In this document: positions 26,700-42,100 of the stretch, piece after piece
Numbering within the stretch: the first letter of the stretch is position 1
Layout of the letters: the number at the start of each line of letters is the position of its first letter
NCBI GenBank assembly: GCA_964016885.1
Contig: OZ024742.1
Span: 370,636,001 to 370,700,000, forward strand
DNA length: 64,000 bases
Direction of reading: 5' to 3'
Source: Eledone cirrhosa
Lineage: Eukaryota
Made by a program: the position numbers and the translations under genes
The notes under the pieces: model-generated
Seen by the model: only the letters and a program-made list of their open reading frames with translations
Database searches by the model: none
Told to the model about the DNA's origin: nothing

Positions 26700-29600
26700 C
26701 CTCAGGTGAGATATACACCTCATATAGTGGTGGTTCTACCTCAGGTGAGATATACTCGTCATATAGTGTTGGTTCTACCTCAGGTGAGGTATACTCCTCA
26801 TATAATGGTGGTTCTACCTCAGTGATGTATACTCCTTATATAATGGTGGTTCTACCTCAGGTGAGGTATACTCCTCATGTAGTGGTGGTTCTACATCAGG
26901 TGAGGTATACTCCTCATATAGTGGTGGTTTTACCTCAAGTGAGGTATACTCCGCATATATTGGTGGTTCTACCTCATGTGAGGTATACTCCTCATATAGT
27001 GGTGGTTCTACCTGAGGTGAGATATACTCTTCATATAATGGTGGTTTTACCTCAGGTGAGGTATACTCCTCATATAGTGGTGGTTTTACCTCAGGTGAGA
27101 TATACTCCTCATATAGTGGTGGTTCTGCCTCAGGTGAGGTATACTCCTCATATAGTGGTGGTTTTACCTCAGGTGAGGTATACTCCTCATATAGTGGTGG
27201 TTCTACCTCAGGTGAGATATACTCTTCATATAGTGGTGGTTCTACCTCAGGTGAGGTATACTCCTCATATAGTGGTGGTTCTGCCTCAGGTGAGGTATAC
27301 TCCCCATATAGTGGTGGTTCTACCTCAGGTGAGGTATACACTCATATAGTGGTGGTTTTACCTCAGGTGAGATATATTCCTCATATAGTGGCGGTTCTAC
27401 CTCAGGTGAGGTATACTCCTCATATAGTGGTGGTTCTACCTCAGGTGTGATATACTCCTCATATAATGGTAGTTCTACCTTAGGTGAGATATACTCCTCA
27501 TATAGTGGTGGTTCTACCTCAAGTGAGATATACTTCTCATATAGTGGTGGTTCTACCTCAGGTGAGGTATACTCCTCATATAGTGGTGCTTCTACCTCAG
27601 GTGAGGTATACTTTTCCTATAGTGCTGGTTCTACCTCAGGTGAGGTAAACTCCTCATATAGTGGTGGTTCTTCCTCAGGTGAGGTATACTCCTCATATAA
27701 TGGTGGTTCTACCTCGGGTGAGATATACTCCTCATATAGTAGTGGTTCGACCTCAGGTGAGGTATACTCCTCATATAGTGGTGGTTCTACCTCAGGTGAG
27801 GTATACTCCTCATATAGGGTTGGTTCTACCTCAGGTGAGATATACTCCTCATATAGTGGTGGTTCTACCTCGGGTGAGATATACTCCTCATATAGTAGTG
27901 GTTCTATCTCAGGTGAGGTATACTCCTCATATAGTGGTGGTTCTACCTCAGGTGAGGTATACTTTTCATCCAGTGGTGGTTCTACCTCAGGTGAGATATA
28001 CTCCTCATATAGTGGTGGTTCTACCTCAGGTGAGATATACTCCTCATATAGTGGTGGTTCTACCTCAGCTGAGATATACTCCTCATATAGTGGTGGTTCT
28101 ACCTCAGGTGAGGTATACTCCTCATATAGTGGTGGTTCTACCTCAGTGAGGTATACTCCTTATATAATGGTGGTTCTACCTCAGGTGAGATATACTCATC
28201 ATATAGTGGTGGTTCTACCTCAGGTGAGATATACTCCTCATATAGAGGTGGTTCTACGTCAGGTTAGATATACTCCTCATATAGTGGTGGTTCTACCTCA
28301 GGTGAGATATACACCTCATATAGTGCTGGTTCTACCTCAGGTGAGATATGCTCGGCATATAGTGGTGGTTCTACCTCAGGTGAGGTATGCGCCTCATATA
28401 GTGGTGGTTCTACCTCAGGTGAGATATACTCCTCATATAGTGGTGGTTCTACCTCAGGTGAGATATGCTCATCATATAGTTGTGGTTCTACCTCAGGTGA
28501 GGTATACTCCTTATATAGTGGTGGTTCTTCCCAGGTGAGGTATACTCCTCATATAGTGGTGGTTTTACCTCAGGTGAGGTATACTCCTCATATAATGGTG
28601 GTTCTACCTCAGGAGAGGTATACTCCTCATATAGTGGTGGTTCTACCTCAGGTGAGGTGTACTCCTCATATAATGGTGGTTCTACCTCAGGGGAGGTATA
28701 CTCCTCATATAGGGGTGGTTCTACCTCAGGTGAGATATACTCCTCATATAATGTTGGTTCTAAATAGGGGAGGTATACTCCTCATATAGTGGTGCTTCTA
28801 CCTCAGGTGACATATACTCCTCATATAGTGGTGGTTCTACCTCAGGTGAGGTATACTCCTCATATAGTGGTGGTTCTACCTCAGTGAGGTATACTCCTTA
28901 TATAATGGTGGTTCTACCTCAGGTGAGATATACTCATCATATAGTGGTGGTTCTACCTCAGGTGAGATATACTCCTCATATAGAGGTGGTTCTACCTCAG
29001 GTTAGATATACTTTTCATATAGTGGTGGTTCTACCTCAGGTGAGGTATACTCCTCATATAGTGTTGGTTCTACCTCAGGTGAGATATACTCCTCATATAG
29101 TGGTGGTTCGACCTCAGGTGAGGTATACTCCTCATATAGGGGTGGTTTTACCTCAGGTGAGATATACTCTTCATATAGTGGTGGTTCTACCTCAGGTGAG
29201 GTATACTCGTCATATAATGGTGGTTCTACCTCAGGTGAGGTATACTCCTCATATAGTGGTGCTTTTACCTCAAGTTTGATATACTCCTCATATAGTGGTG
29301 GTTCTACCTCAGGTGAGATATACTCCTCATATGGTGGTGGTTCTACCTCAGGTGAGGTATACTCCTCATATAGTGGTGGTTCTACCTCAGGTGAGGTATA
29401 CTCCTCATATAATGGTTGTTCTACCTCAGGTGAGATATACTCCTCATATAGTGGTGGTTCTACCTCAGGTGAGGTATACTCCTCATATAGGGGTGGTTCT
29501 ACCTCAGGTGAGATATACACCTCATATAATGGTGGTTCTACCTCAGCTGAGATATACTCCTCATAAAGGGTTGGTTCTACCTCAGGTGAGGTATACTCCT

Positions 29601-31450
29601 CATATAGGGTTGGTTCTACCTCAGGTGAGATATTCTCCTCATATAATGGTGGTTCTACCTCAGGTGAGATATACTCCTCATATAGGGGTGGTTCTACCTC
29701 AGGTGAGGTATACTCTTCATATAGTGGTGGTTCTACCTCAGGTGAGGTATACTCTTCATATAGTGGTGGTTCTACCTCAGGTGAGATATACTCGTCATAT
29801 AGTGTTGGTTCTACCTCAGGTGAGGTATACTCCTCATATAATGGTGGTTCTACCTCAGTATGGTATACTCCTTATATAATGGTGGTTCTACCTCAGGTGA
29901 GGTATACTCCTCATATAGTGGTGGTTCTACATCAGGTGAGGTATACTCCTCATATAGTGGTGGTTTTACCTCAAGTGAGGTATACTCCGCATATATTGGT
30001 GGTTCTACCTCATGTGAGGTATACTCCTCATATAGTGGTGGTTCTACCTGAGGTGAGATATACTCTTCATATAATGGTGGTTTTACCTCAGGTGAGGTAT
30101 ACTCCTCATATAGTGGTGGTTTTACCTCAGGTGAGATATACTCCTCATATAGTGGTGGTTCTACCTCAGGTTAGGTATACTCCTCATATAGTGGTGGTTT
30201 TACCTCAGGTGAGGTATACTCCTCATATAGTGGTGGTTCTACCTCAGGTGAGATATACTCTTCATATAGTGGTGGTTCTACCTCAGGTGAAGTATACTCC
30301 TCATATAGTGGTGGTTCTACCTCAGGTGAGGTATACTCCCCATATAGTGGTGGTTCTACCTCAGGTGAGGTATACTCTCATATAGTGGTGGTTTTACCTC
30401 AGGTGAGATATATTCCTCATATAGTGGCGGTTCTACCTCAGGTGAGGTATACTCCTCATATAGTGGTGGTTCTACCTCAGGTGTGATATACTCCTCATAT
30501 AATGGTAGTTCTACCTTAGGTGAGATATACTCCTCATATAGTGGTGGATCTACCTCAAGTGAGATATACTTCTCATATAGTGGTGGTTCTACCTCAGGTG
30601 AGGTATACTCCTCATATAGTGGTGCTTCTACCTCAGGTGAGGTATACTTTTCCTATAGTGCTGGTTCTACCTCAGGTGAGGTAAACTCCTCATATAGTGG
30701 TGGTTCTTCCTCAGGTGAGGTATACTCCTCATATAATGGTGGTTCTACCTCAGGTGAGGTATACTCCTCGTATAGTGGTGGTTCTACCTAAGTTGAGATA
30801 TACTCCTCATATAGTGGTGGTTCTACCTCAGGTGAGATATACTCCTCATATAGTGGTGGTTCTACCTCGGGTGAGATATACTCCTCATATAGTAGTGGTT
30901 CGACCTCAGGTGAGGTATACTCCTCATACAGTGGTGGTTCTACCTCAGGTGAGGTATACTCCTCATATAGGGTTGGTTCTACCTCAGGTGAGATATACTC
31001 CTCATATAGTGGTGGTTCTACCTCGGGTGAGATATACTCCTCATATAGTAGTGGTTCTATCTCAGGTGAGGTATACTCCTCATATAGTGGTGGTTCTACC
31101 TCAGGTGAGGTATACTTTTCATCCAGTGGTGGTTCTACCTCAGGTGAGATATACTCCTCATATAGTGGTGGTTCTACCTCAGGTGAGATATACTCCTCAT
31201 ATAGTGGTGGTTCTACCTCAGCTGAGATATACTCCTCATATAGTGGTGGTTCTACCTCAGGTGAGGTATACTCCTCATATAGTGGTGGTTCTACCTCAGT
31301 GAGGTATGCTCCTTATATAATGGTGGTTCTACCTCAGGTGAGATATACTCATCATATAGTGGTGGTTCTACCTCAGGTGAGATATACTCCTCATATAGAG
31401 GTGGTTCTACGTCAGGTTAGATATACTCCTCATATAGTGGTGGTTCTACC
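26700..31450. repeat. Diverged segmental duplication, ~3036 bp offset (78 monomers minus 6 bp); related to blocks reused in the 3970-bp HOR
   Basis: The GGTGTGATATAC marker occurs at 27447, 30483, 35858, 39011, 43565 and 47418. Shared CCGCATATATTGG, CCTGAGG and TTTTCCTATAGTGCTGG variants. Confidence 0.8.
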
Positions 31451-32699
31451 TCAGGTGAGGTATACTCCTCATATAGTGGTGGTTCTACCTCAGGTGAGGT
31501 ATACTCCTCATATAGTGGTGGTTCTACCTCAGGTGATGTATACTCCTCATATAGTGGTGGTTCAACCTCAGGTGAGATATACTCCTCATATAGTGGTGGT
31601 TCGACCTCAGGTGAGGTATACTCCTCATATAGGGGTGGTTTTACCTCAGGTGAGATATACTCTTCATATAGTGGTGTTTCTACCTCAGGTGAGGTATACT
31701 CCTCATATAATGTTGGTTCTACCTCAGGTGAGGTATACTCCTAATATAGTGGTGCTTTTACCTCAGGTGAGATATACTCCTCATATAGTGGTGGTTCTAC
31801 CTCAGGTGAGATATACTCCTCATATAGTGGTGGTTCTACCTCAGGTGAGGTATACTTTTCATATAGTGGTGGTTCTACCTCAGGTGAGGTATACTCCTCA
31901 TATAATGGTTGTTCTACCTCAGGTGAGATATACTCCTCATATAGTGGTGCTTCTACCTCAGGTGAGGTATACTCCTCATATAGGGGTGGTTCTACCTCAG
32001 GTGAGATATACACCTCATATAATGGTGGTTCTACCTCAGCTGAGATATACTCCTCATAAAGGGTTGGTTCTACCTCAGGTGAGGTATACTCCTCATATAG
32101 GGTTGGTTCCACCTCAGGTGAGATATACTCCTCATATAATGGTGGTTCTACCTCAGGTGAGATATACTCCTCATATAGGGGTGGTTCTACCTCAGGTGAG
32201 GTATACTCTTCATATAGTGGTGGTTCTACCTCAGGTGAGGTATACTCTTCATATAGTGGTGGTTCTACCTCAGGTGAGATATACTCGTCATATAGTGTTG
32301 GTTCTACCTCAGGTGAGGTATACTCCTCATATAATGGTGGTTCTACCTAAGGTGAGGTATACTCCTCATATAATAGTGGTTCTACCTCAGGTGAGGTATA
32401 CTCCTCATATAGTGGTGGTTCTACCTCAAGTGAGGTATACTCCTCATATAGTGGTGGTTTTACCTCAGGTGAGATATACTCCTAATATAGTGGTGGTTCT
32501 ACCTCAGGTGAGGTATACTCCTCATATAGTGGTGGTTTTACCTCAGGTGAGGTATACTCCTCATATAGTGGTGGTTCTACCTCAGGTGAGATATACTCCT
32601 CATATAGTGGTGGTTCGACCTCAGGTGAGATATACTCCTCATATAATGGTGGTTCTACCTCAGGTGAGGTATACTCCTCATATAATGGTGGTTCTACCT

Positions 32700-33965
32700 C
32701 AGGTGAGGTATACTCCTCATATAGTGGTGGTTCTACCTCAGGTGAGATATACTCCTCATATAGTGGTGGTTATACCTCAGGTGAGGTATACTCCTCATAT
32801 AGTGGTGGTTCTACCTCATGTGAGATATACTCCTCATATAGTGGTGGTACTACCTCAGGTGAGGTATACTCCTCATATAGTGGTGGTTCTACCTCAGGTG
32901 AGGTATACTCCTCATATAGTGGTGGTTCTACCTCAGGTGAGGTATACTCCTCATATAATGGTAGTTCTACCTCAGGTGAGATATACGCCTCATATAATGG
33001 TGGTTTTACCTCAGGTGAGGTATACTCTTCATATAGTGGTGGTTCTACCTCAGGTGAGGTATACTCTTCATATAGTGGTGGTTCTACCTCAGGTGAAGTA
33101 TACTCCTCATATAAGGGTGGTTCTATCTCAATGAGGTATACTCATCATATAGTGGTGGTTCTACCTCAGGTGAGATATACTCCTCATTTAGTGGTGGTTC
33201 TACCTCAGGTGAGGTATACTCCTCATATAGTCATGGTTCTACCTCAGGTAAGGTATACTCCTCATATAAAGGTGGTTCTACCTCAGGTGAGGTATGCTCC
33301 TCATATAGTCGTGGTTCTACCTCAGGTGAGGTATACTCCTCATATAGTGGTGGTTCTACCTCAGGTGAGATATACTCCTCATATAGTGGTGGTTATACCT
33401 CAGGTGAGGTATACTCCTCATATAGTGGTGGTTCTACCTCATGTGAGATATACTCCTCATATAGTGGTGGTACTACCTCAGGTGAGGTATACTCCTCATA
33501 TAGTGGTGGTTCTACCTCAGGTGAGGTATACTCCTCATATAGTGGTGGTTCTACCTCAGGTGAGGTATACTCCTCATATAATGGTAGTTCTACCTCAGGT
33601 GAGATATACGCCTCATATAATGGTGGTTTTACCTCAGGTGAGGTATACTCTTCATATAGTGGTGGTTCTACCTCAGGTGAGGTATACTCTTCATATAGTG
33701 GTGGTTCTACCTCAGGTGAAGTATACTCCTCATATAAGGGTGGTTCTATCTCAATGAGGTATACTCATCATATAGTGGTGGTTCTACCTCAGGTGAGATA
33801 TACTCCTCATTTAGTGGTGGTTCTACCTCAGGTGAGGTATACTCCTCATATAGTCATGGTTCTACCTCAGGTAAGGTATACTCCTCATATAAAGGTGGTT
33901 CTACCTCAGGTGAGGTATGCTCCTCATATAGTCGTGGTTCTACCTCAGGTGAGGTATACTCCTCA
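32700..33965. repeat. Tandem duplication of 623 bp (16 monomers minus 1 bp)
   Basis: Pseudo-ORF starts at 33131 and 33754. Rare variants (GGTTATACC at 32771/33394, GTGAAGTAT, ATAAGGG, CTATCTCAATGAG, CATTTAG) recur at a 623-bp offset. Confidence 0.9.
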
Positions 33966-36199
33966 TATAGTCGTGGTTCTACCTCAGGTGAGGTATGCTC
34001 CTCATATAATGTTGGTTCTACCTCAGGTGAGGTGTACTCCTCATATAATGGTGGTTCTACCTCAGGGGAGGTATACTCCTCATATAGGGGTGGTTCTACC
34101 TCAGGTGAGATATACTCCTCATATAATGTTGGTTCTAAATAGGGGAGGTATACTCCTCATATAGTGGTGCTTCTACCTCAGGTGACATATACTCCTCATA
34201 TAGTGGTGGTTCTACCTCAGGTGAGGTATACTCCTCATATAGTGGTGGTTCTACCTCAGTGAGGTATACTCCTTATATAATGGTGGTTCTACCTCAGGTG
34301 AGATATACTCATCATATAGTGGTGGTTCTACCTCAGGTGAGATATACTCCTCATATAGAGGTGGTTCTACCTCAGGTTAGATATACTTTTCATATAGTGG
34401 TGGTTCTACCTCAGGTGAGGTATACTCCTCATATAGTGTTGGTTCTACCTCAGGTGAGATATACTCCTCATATAGTGGTGGTTCGACCTCAGGTGAGGTA
34501 TACTCCTCATATAGGGGTGGTTTTACCTCAGGTGAGATATACTCTTCATATAGTGGTGGTTCTACCTCAGGTGAGGTATACTCCTCATATAATGGTGGTT
34601 CTACCTCAGGTGAGGTATACTCCTAATATAGTGGTGCTTTTACCTCAGATGAGATATACTCCTCATATAGTGGTGGTTCTACCTCAGGTGAGATATACTC
34701 CTCATATAGTGGTGGTTCTACCTCAGGTGAGGTATACTCCTCATATAGTGGTGGTTCTACCTCAGGTGAGGTATACTCCTCATATAATGGTTGTTCTACC
34801 TCAGGTGAGATATACTCCTCATATAGTGGTGGTTCTACCTCAGGTGAGGTATACTCCTCATATAGGGGTGGTTCTACCTCAGGTGAGATATACACCTCAT
34901 ATAATGGTGGTTCTACCTCAGCTGAGATATACTCCTCATAAAGGGTTGGTTCTACCTCAGGTGAGGTATACTCCTCATATAGGGTTGGTTCTACCTCAGG
35001 TGAGATATTCTCCTCATATAATGGTGGTTCTACTTCAGGTGAGATATACTCCTCATATAGGGGTGGTTCTACCTCAGGTGAGGTATACTCTTCATATAGT
35101 GGTGGTTCTACCTCAGGTGAGGTATACTCTTCATATAGTGGTGGTTCTACCTCAGGTGAGATATACTCGTCATATAGTGTTGGTTCTACCTCAGGTGAGG
35201 TATACTCCTCATATAATGGTGGTTCTACCTCAGTGAGGTATACTCCTTATATAATGGTGGTTCTACCTCAGGTGAGGTATACTCCTCATATAGTGGTGGT
35301 TCTACATCAGGTGAGGTATACTCCTCATATAGTGGTGGTTTTACCTCAAGTGAGGTATACTCCGCATATATTGGTGGTTCTACCTCATGTGAGGTATACT
35401 CCTCATATAGTGGTGGTTCTACCTGAGGTGAGATATACTCTTCATATAATGGTGGTTTTACCTCAGGTGAGGTATACTCCTCATATAGTGGTGGTTTTAC
35501 CTCAGGTGAGATATACTCCTCATATAGTGGTGGTTCTACCTCAGGTGAGGTATACTCCTCATATAGTGGTGGTTTTACCTCAGGTGAGGTATACTCCTCA
35601 TATAGTGGTGGTTATACCTCAGGTGAGATATACTCCTCATATAGTGGTGGTTCTACCTCAGGTGAGGTATACTCCTCATATAGTGGTGGTTCTACCTCAG
35701 GTGAGGTATACTCCCCATATAGTGGTGGTTCTACCTCAGGTGAGGTATACTCTCATATAGTGGTGGTTTTACCTCAGGTGAGATATATTCCTCATATAGT
35801 GGCGGTTCTACCTCAGGTGAGGTATACTCCTCATATAGTGGTGGTTCTACCTCAGGTGTGATATACTCCTCATATAATGGTAGTTCTACCTTAGGTGAGA
35901 TATACTCCTCATATAGTGGTGGATCTACCTCAAGTGAGATATACTTCTCATATAGTGGTGGTTCTACCTCAGGTGAGGTATACTCCTCATATAGTGGTGC
36001 TTCTACCTCAGTTGAGGTATACTTTTCCTATAGTGCTGGTTCTACCTCAGGTGAGGTAAACTCCTCATATAGTGGTGGTTCTTCCTCAGGTGAGGTATAC
36101 TCCTCATATAATGGTGGTTCTACCTCAGGTGAGGTATACTCCTCGTATAGTGGTGGTTCTACCTAAGTTGAGATATACTCCTCATATAGTGGTGGTTCT

Positions 36200-39100
36200 A
36201 CCTCAGGTGAGGTATACTCCTCGTATAGTGGTGGTTCTACCTAAGTTGAGATATACTCCTCATATAGTGGTGGTTCTACCTCGGGTGAGATATACTCCTC
36301 ATATAGTAGTGGTTCTATCTCAGGTGAGGTATACTCCTCATATAGTGGTGGTTCTACCTCAGTGAGGTATACTTTTCATATAGTGGTGGTTCTACCTCAG
36401 GTGAGATATACTCCTCATATAGTGGTGGTTCTACCTCAGGTGAGGTATACTCCTCATATAGTGGTGGTTTTACCTCAGGTGAGGTATACTCCTCATATAG
36501 TGGTGGTTCTACCTCAGGTGAGATATACTCCTCATATAGTGGTGGTTCGACCTCAGGTGAGATATACTCCTCATATAATGGTGGTTCTACCTCAGGTGAG
36601 GTATACTCCTCATATAATGGTGGTTCTACCTCAGGTGAGCTATACTCCTCATATAGTGGTGGTTCTACCTCAGGTGAGATATACTCCTCATATAGTGGTG
36701 GTTCTACCTCAGGTGAGGTATACTCCTCATATAGTGGTGGTTCTACCTCATGTGAGATATACTCCTCATATAGTGGTGGTACTACCTCAGGTGAGGTATA
36801 CTCCTCATATAGTGGTGGTTCTACCTCAGGTGAGGTATACTCCTCATATAGTGGTGGTTCTACCTCAGGTGAGGTATACTCCTCATATAATGGTGGTTCT
36901 ACCTCAGGTGAGATATACGCCTCATATAATGGTGGTTTTACCTCAGGTGAGGTATACTCTTCATATAGTGGTGGTTCTACCTCAGGTGAGGTATACTCTT
37001 CATATAGTGGTGGTTCTACCTCAGGTGAGGTATACTCCTCATATAATGGTGGTTCTATCTCAATGAGGTATACTCATCATATAGTGGTGGTTCTACCTCA
37101 GGTGAGATATACTCCTCATTTAGTGGTGGTTCTACCTCAGGTGAGGTATACTCCTCATATAGGGGTGGTTTTACCTCAGGTGAGATATACTCTTCATATA
37201 GTGGTGGTTCAACCTCAGGTGAGGTATACTCCTCATATAATGGTGGTTCTACCTCAGGTGAGGTATACTCCTTATATAGGGGTGGTTCTACCTCAGGTGA
37301 GATATACTCCTCATTTAGTGGTGGTTCTACCTCAGGTGAGGTATACTCCTCATATAGGGGTGGTTTTACCTCAGGTGAGATATACTCTTCATATAGTGGT
37401 GGTTCAACCTCAGGTGAGGTATACTCCTCATATAATGGTGGTTCTACCTCAGGGGAGGTATACTCCTCATATAGGGGTGGTTCTACCTCAGGTGACATAT
37501 ACTCCTCATATAATGTTGGTTCTAAATAGGGGAGGTATACTCCTCATATAGTGGTGCTTCTACCTCAGGTGACATATACTCCTCATATAGTGGTGGTTCT
37601 ACCTCAGGTGAGGTATACTCCTCATATAGTGGTGGTTCTACCTCAGTGAGGTATACTCCTTATATAATGGTGGTTCTACCTCAGGTGAGATATACTCATC
37701 ATATAGTGGTGGTTCTACCTCAGGTGAGATATACTCCTCATATAGAGGTTGTTCTACCTCAGGTTAGATATACTTTTCATATAGTGGTGGTTCTACCTCA
37801 GGTGAGATATACTCCTCATATAGTGGTGGTTCTACCTCAGGTGAGAAATACTCCTCATATAGTGGTGGTTCTACCTCAGGTGAGGTATACTCCTCATATA
37901 GTGGTGGTTCTACCTCAGGTGAGGTATACTCCTCATATAATGGTTGTTCTACCTCAGGTGAGATATACTCCTCATATAGTGGTGGTTCTACCTCAGGTGA
38001 GGTATACTCCTCATATAGGGGTGGTTCTACCTCAGGTGAGATATACACCTCATATAATGGTGGTTCTACCTCAGCTGAGATATACTCCTCATAAAGGGTT
38101 GGTTCTACCTCAGGTGAGGTATACTCCTCATATAGGGTTGGTTCTACCTCAGGTGAGATATTCTCCTCATATAATGGTGGTTCTACCTCAGGTGAGATAT
38201 ACTCCTCATATAGGGGTGGTTCTACCTCAGGTGAGGTATACTCTTCATATAGTGGTGGTTCTACCTCAGGTGAGGTATACTCTTCATATAGTGGTGGTTC
38301 TACCTCAGGTGAGATATACTCGTCATATAGTGTTGGTTCTACCTCAGGTGAGGTATACTCCTCATATAATGGTGGTTCTACCTCAGTGAGGTATACTCCT
38401 TATATAATGGTGGTTCTACCTCAGGTGAGGTATACTCCTCATATAGTGGTGGTTCTACATCAGGTGAGGTATACTCCTCATATAGTGGTGGTTTTACCTC
38501 AAGTGAGGTATACTCCGCATATATTGGTGGTTCTACCTCATGTGAGGTATACTCCTCATATAGTGGTGGTTCTACCTGAGGTGAGATATACTCTTCATAT
38601 AATGGTGGTTTTACCTCAGGTGAGGTATACTCCTCATATAGTGGTGGTTTTACCTCAGGTGAGATATACTCCTCATATAGTGGTGGTTCTACCTCAGGTG
38701 AGGTATACTCCTCATATAGTGGTGGTTTTACCTCAGGTGAGGTATACTCCTCATATAGTGGTGGTTCTACCTCAGGTGAGATATACTCCTCATATAGTGG
38801 TGGTTCTACCTCAGGTGAGGTATACTCCTCATATAGTGGTGGTTCTACCTCAGGTGAGGTATACTCCCCATATAGTGGTGGTTCTACCTCAGGTGAGGTA
38901 TACTCTCATATAGTGGTGGTTTTACCTCAGGTGAGATATATTCCTCATATAGTGGCGGTTCTACCTCAGGTGAGGTATACTCCTCATATAGTGGTGGTTC
39001 TACCTCAGGTGTGATATACTCCTCATATAATGGTAGTTCTACCTTAGGTGAGATATACTCCTCATATAGTGGTGGATCTACCTCAAGTGAGATATACTTC

Positions 39101-42100
39101 TCATATAGTGGTGGTTCTACCTCAGGTGAGGTATACTCCTCATATAGTGGTGGTTCTTCCTCAGGTGAGGTATACTCCTCATATAATGGTGGTTCTACCT
39201 CAGGTGAGGTATACTCCTCGTATAGTGGTGGTTCTACCTAAGTTGAGATATACTCCTCATATAGTGGTGGTTCTACCTCAGGTGAGATATACTCCTCATA
39301 TAGTGGTGGTTCTACCTCGGGTGAGATATACTCCTCATATAGTAGTGGTTCGACCTCAGGTGAGGTATACTCCTCATATAGTGGTGGTTCTACCTCAGGT
39401 GAGGTATACTCCTCATATAGGGTTGGTTATACCTCAGGTGAGATATACTCCTCATATAGTGGTGGTTCTACCTCGGGTGAGATATACTCCTCATATAGTA
39501 GTGGTTCTATCTCAGGTGAGGTATACTCCTCATATAGTGGTGGTTCTACCTCAGTGAGGTATACTTTTCATATAGTGGTGGTTCTACCTCAGGTGAGATA
39601 TACTCCTCATATAGTGGTGGTTCTACCTCAGGTGAGATATACTCCTCATATAGTGGTGGTTCTACCTCAGCTGAGATATACTCCTCATATAGTGGTGGTT
39701 CTACCTCAGGTGAGGTATACTCCTCATATAGTGGTGGTTCTACCTCAGTGAGGTATACGCCTTATATAATGGTGGTTCTACCTCAGGTGAGATATACTCA
39801 TCATATAGTGGTGGTTCTACCTCAGGTGAGATATACTCCTCATATAGAGGTGGTTCTACGTCAGGTTAGATATACTCCTCATATAGTGGTGGTTCTACCT
39901 CAGGTGAGGTATACTCCTCATATAGTGGTGGTTCTACCTCAGGTGAGGTATACTCCTCATATAGTGTTGGTTCTACCTCAGGTGAGGTATACTCCTCATA
40001 TAGTGGTGGTTCTGCCTCAGGTGAGATATACTCCTCATATAGTGGTGCTTCTACCTCAGGTGAGATATACTCCTCATATAGTGGTGGTTCTACCTCAGGT
40101 GAGATATACTCCTCATATAATGGTAGTTCTACCTCAGGTGAGATATACTCCTCATATAGTGGTGGTTCTACCTCAAGTGAGATATACTCCTCGTATAGTG
40201 GTGGTTCTACCTAAGTTGAGATATACTCCTCATATAGTGGTGGTTCTACCTCGGGTGAGATATACTCCTCATATAGTAGTGGTTCTATCTCAGGTGAGGT
40301 ATACTCCTCATATAGTGGTGGTTCTACCTCAGTGAGGTATACTTTTCATATAGTGGTGGTTCTACCTCAGGTGAGATATACTCCTCATATAGTGGTGGTT
40401 CTACCTCAGGTGAGGTATACTCCTCATATAGTGGTGGTTTTACCTCAGGTGAGGTATACTCCTCATATAGTGGTGGTTCTACCTCAGGTGAGATATACTC
40501 CTCATATAGTGGTGGTTCGACCTCAGGTGAGATATACTCCTCATATAATGGTGGTTCTACCTCAGGTGAGGTATACTCCTCATATAATGGTGGTTCTACC
40601 TCAGGTGAGCTATACTCCTCATATAGTGGTGGTTCTACCTCAGGTGAGATATACTCCTCATATAGTGGTGGTTCTACCTCAGGTGAGGTATACTCCTCAT
40701 ATAGTGGTGGTTCTACCTCATGTGAGATATACTCCTCATATAGTGGTGGTACTACCTCAGGTGAGGTATACTCCTCATATAGTGGTGGTTCTACCTCAGG
40801 TGAGGTATACTCCTCATATAGTGGTGGTTCTACCTCAGGTGAGGTATACTCCTCATATAATGGTGGTTCTACCTCAGGTGAGATATACGCCTCATATAAT
40901 GGTGGTTTTACCTCAGGTGAGGTATACTCTTCATATAGTGGTGGTTCTACCTCAGGTGAGGTATACTCTTCATATAGTGGTGGTTCTACCTCAGGTGAGG
41001 TATACTCCTCATATAATGGTGGTTCTATCTCAATGAGGTATACTCATCATATAGTGGTGGTTCTACCTCAGGTGAGATATACTCCTCATTTAGTGGTGGT
41101 TCTACCTCAGGTGAGGTATACTCCTCATATAGGGGTGGTTTTACCTCAGGTGAGATATACTCTTCATATAGTGGTGGTTCAACCTCAGGTGAGCTATACT
41201 CCTCATATAGTGGTGGTTCTACCTCAGGTGAGATATACTCCTCATATAGTGGTGGTTCTACCTCAGGTGAGGTATACTCCTCATATAGTGGTGGTTCTAC
41301 CTCATGTGAGATATACTCCTCATATAGTGGTGGTACTACCTCAGGTGAGGTATACTCCTCATATAGTGGTGGTTCTACCTCAGGTGAGGTATACTCCTCA
41401 TATAGTGGTGGTTCTACCTCAGGTGAGGTATACTCCTCATATAATGGTGGTTCTACCTCAGGTGAGATATACGCCTCATATAATGGTGGTTTTACCTCAG
41501 GTGAGGTATACTCTTCATATAGTGGTGGTTCTACCTCAGGTGAGGTATACTCTTCATATAGTGGTGGTTCTACCTCAGGTGAGGTATACTCCTCATATAA
41601 TGGTGGTTCTATCTCAATGAGGTATACTCATCATATAGTGGTGGTTCTACCTCAGGTGAGATATACTCCTCATTTAGTGGTGGTTCTACCTCAGGTGAGG
41701 TATACTCCTCATATAGGGGTGGTTTTACCTCAGGTGAGATATACTCTTCATATAGTGGTGGTTCAACCTCAGGTGAGGTATACTCCTCATATAATGGTGG
41801 TTCTACCTCAGGTGAGGTATACTCCTTATATAGGGGTGGTTCTACCTCAGGTGAGATATACTCCTCATTTAGTGGTGGTTCTACCTCAGGTGAGGTATAC
41901 TCCTCATATAGGGGTGGTTTTACCTCAGGTGAGATATACTCCTCATATAGTGGTGGTTCAACCTCAGGTGAGGTATACTCCTCATATAATGGTGGTTCTA
42001 CCTCAGGGGAGGTATACTCCTCATATAGGGGTGGTTCTACCTCAGGTGACATATACTCCTCATATAATGTTGGTTCTAAATAGGGGAGGTATACTCCTCA

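Noticed and set aside
27447-28149. Ice-nucleation or silk/loricrin-like Ser/Gly/Tyr protein
   Set aside because: 13-aa period rather than the 8/16/48 of ice-nucleation proteins. The frame is interrupted repeatedly and the similarity is compositional only.
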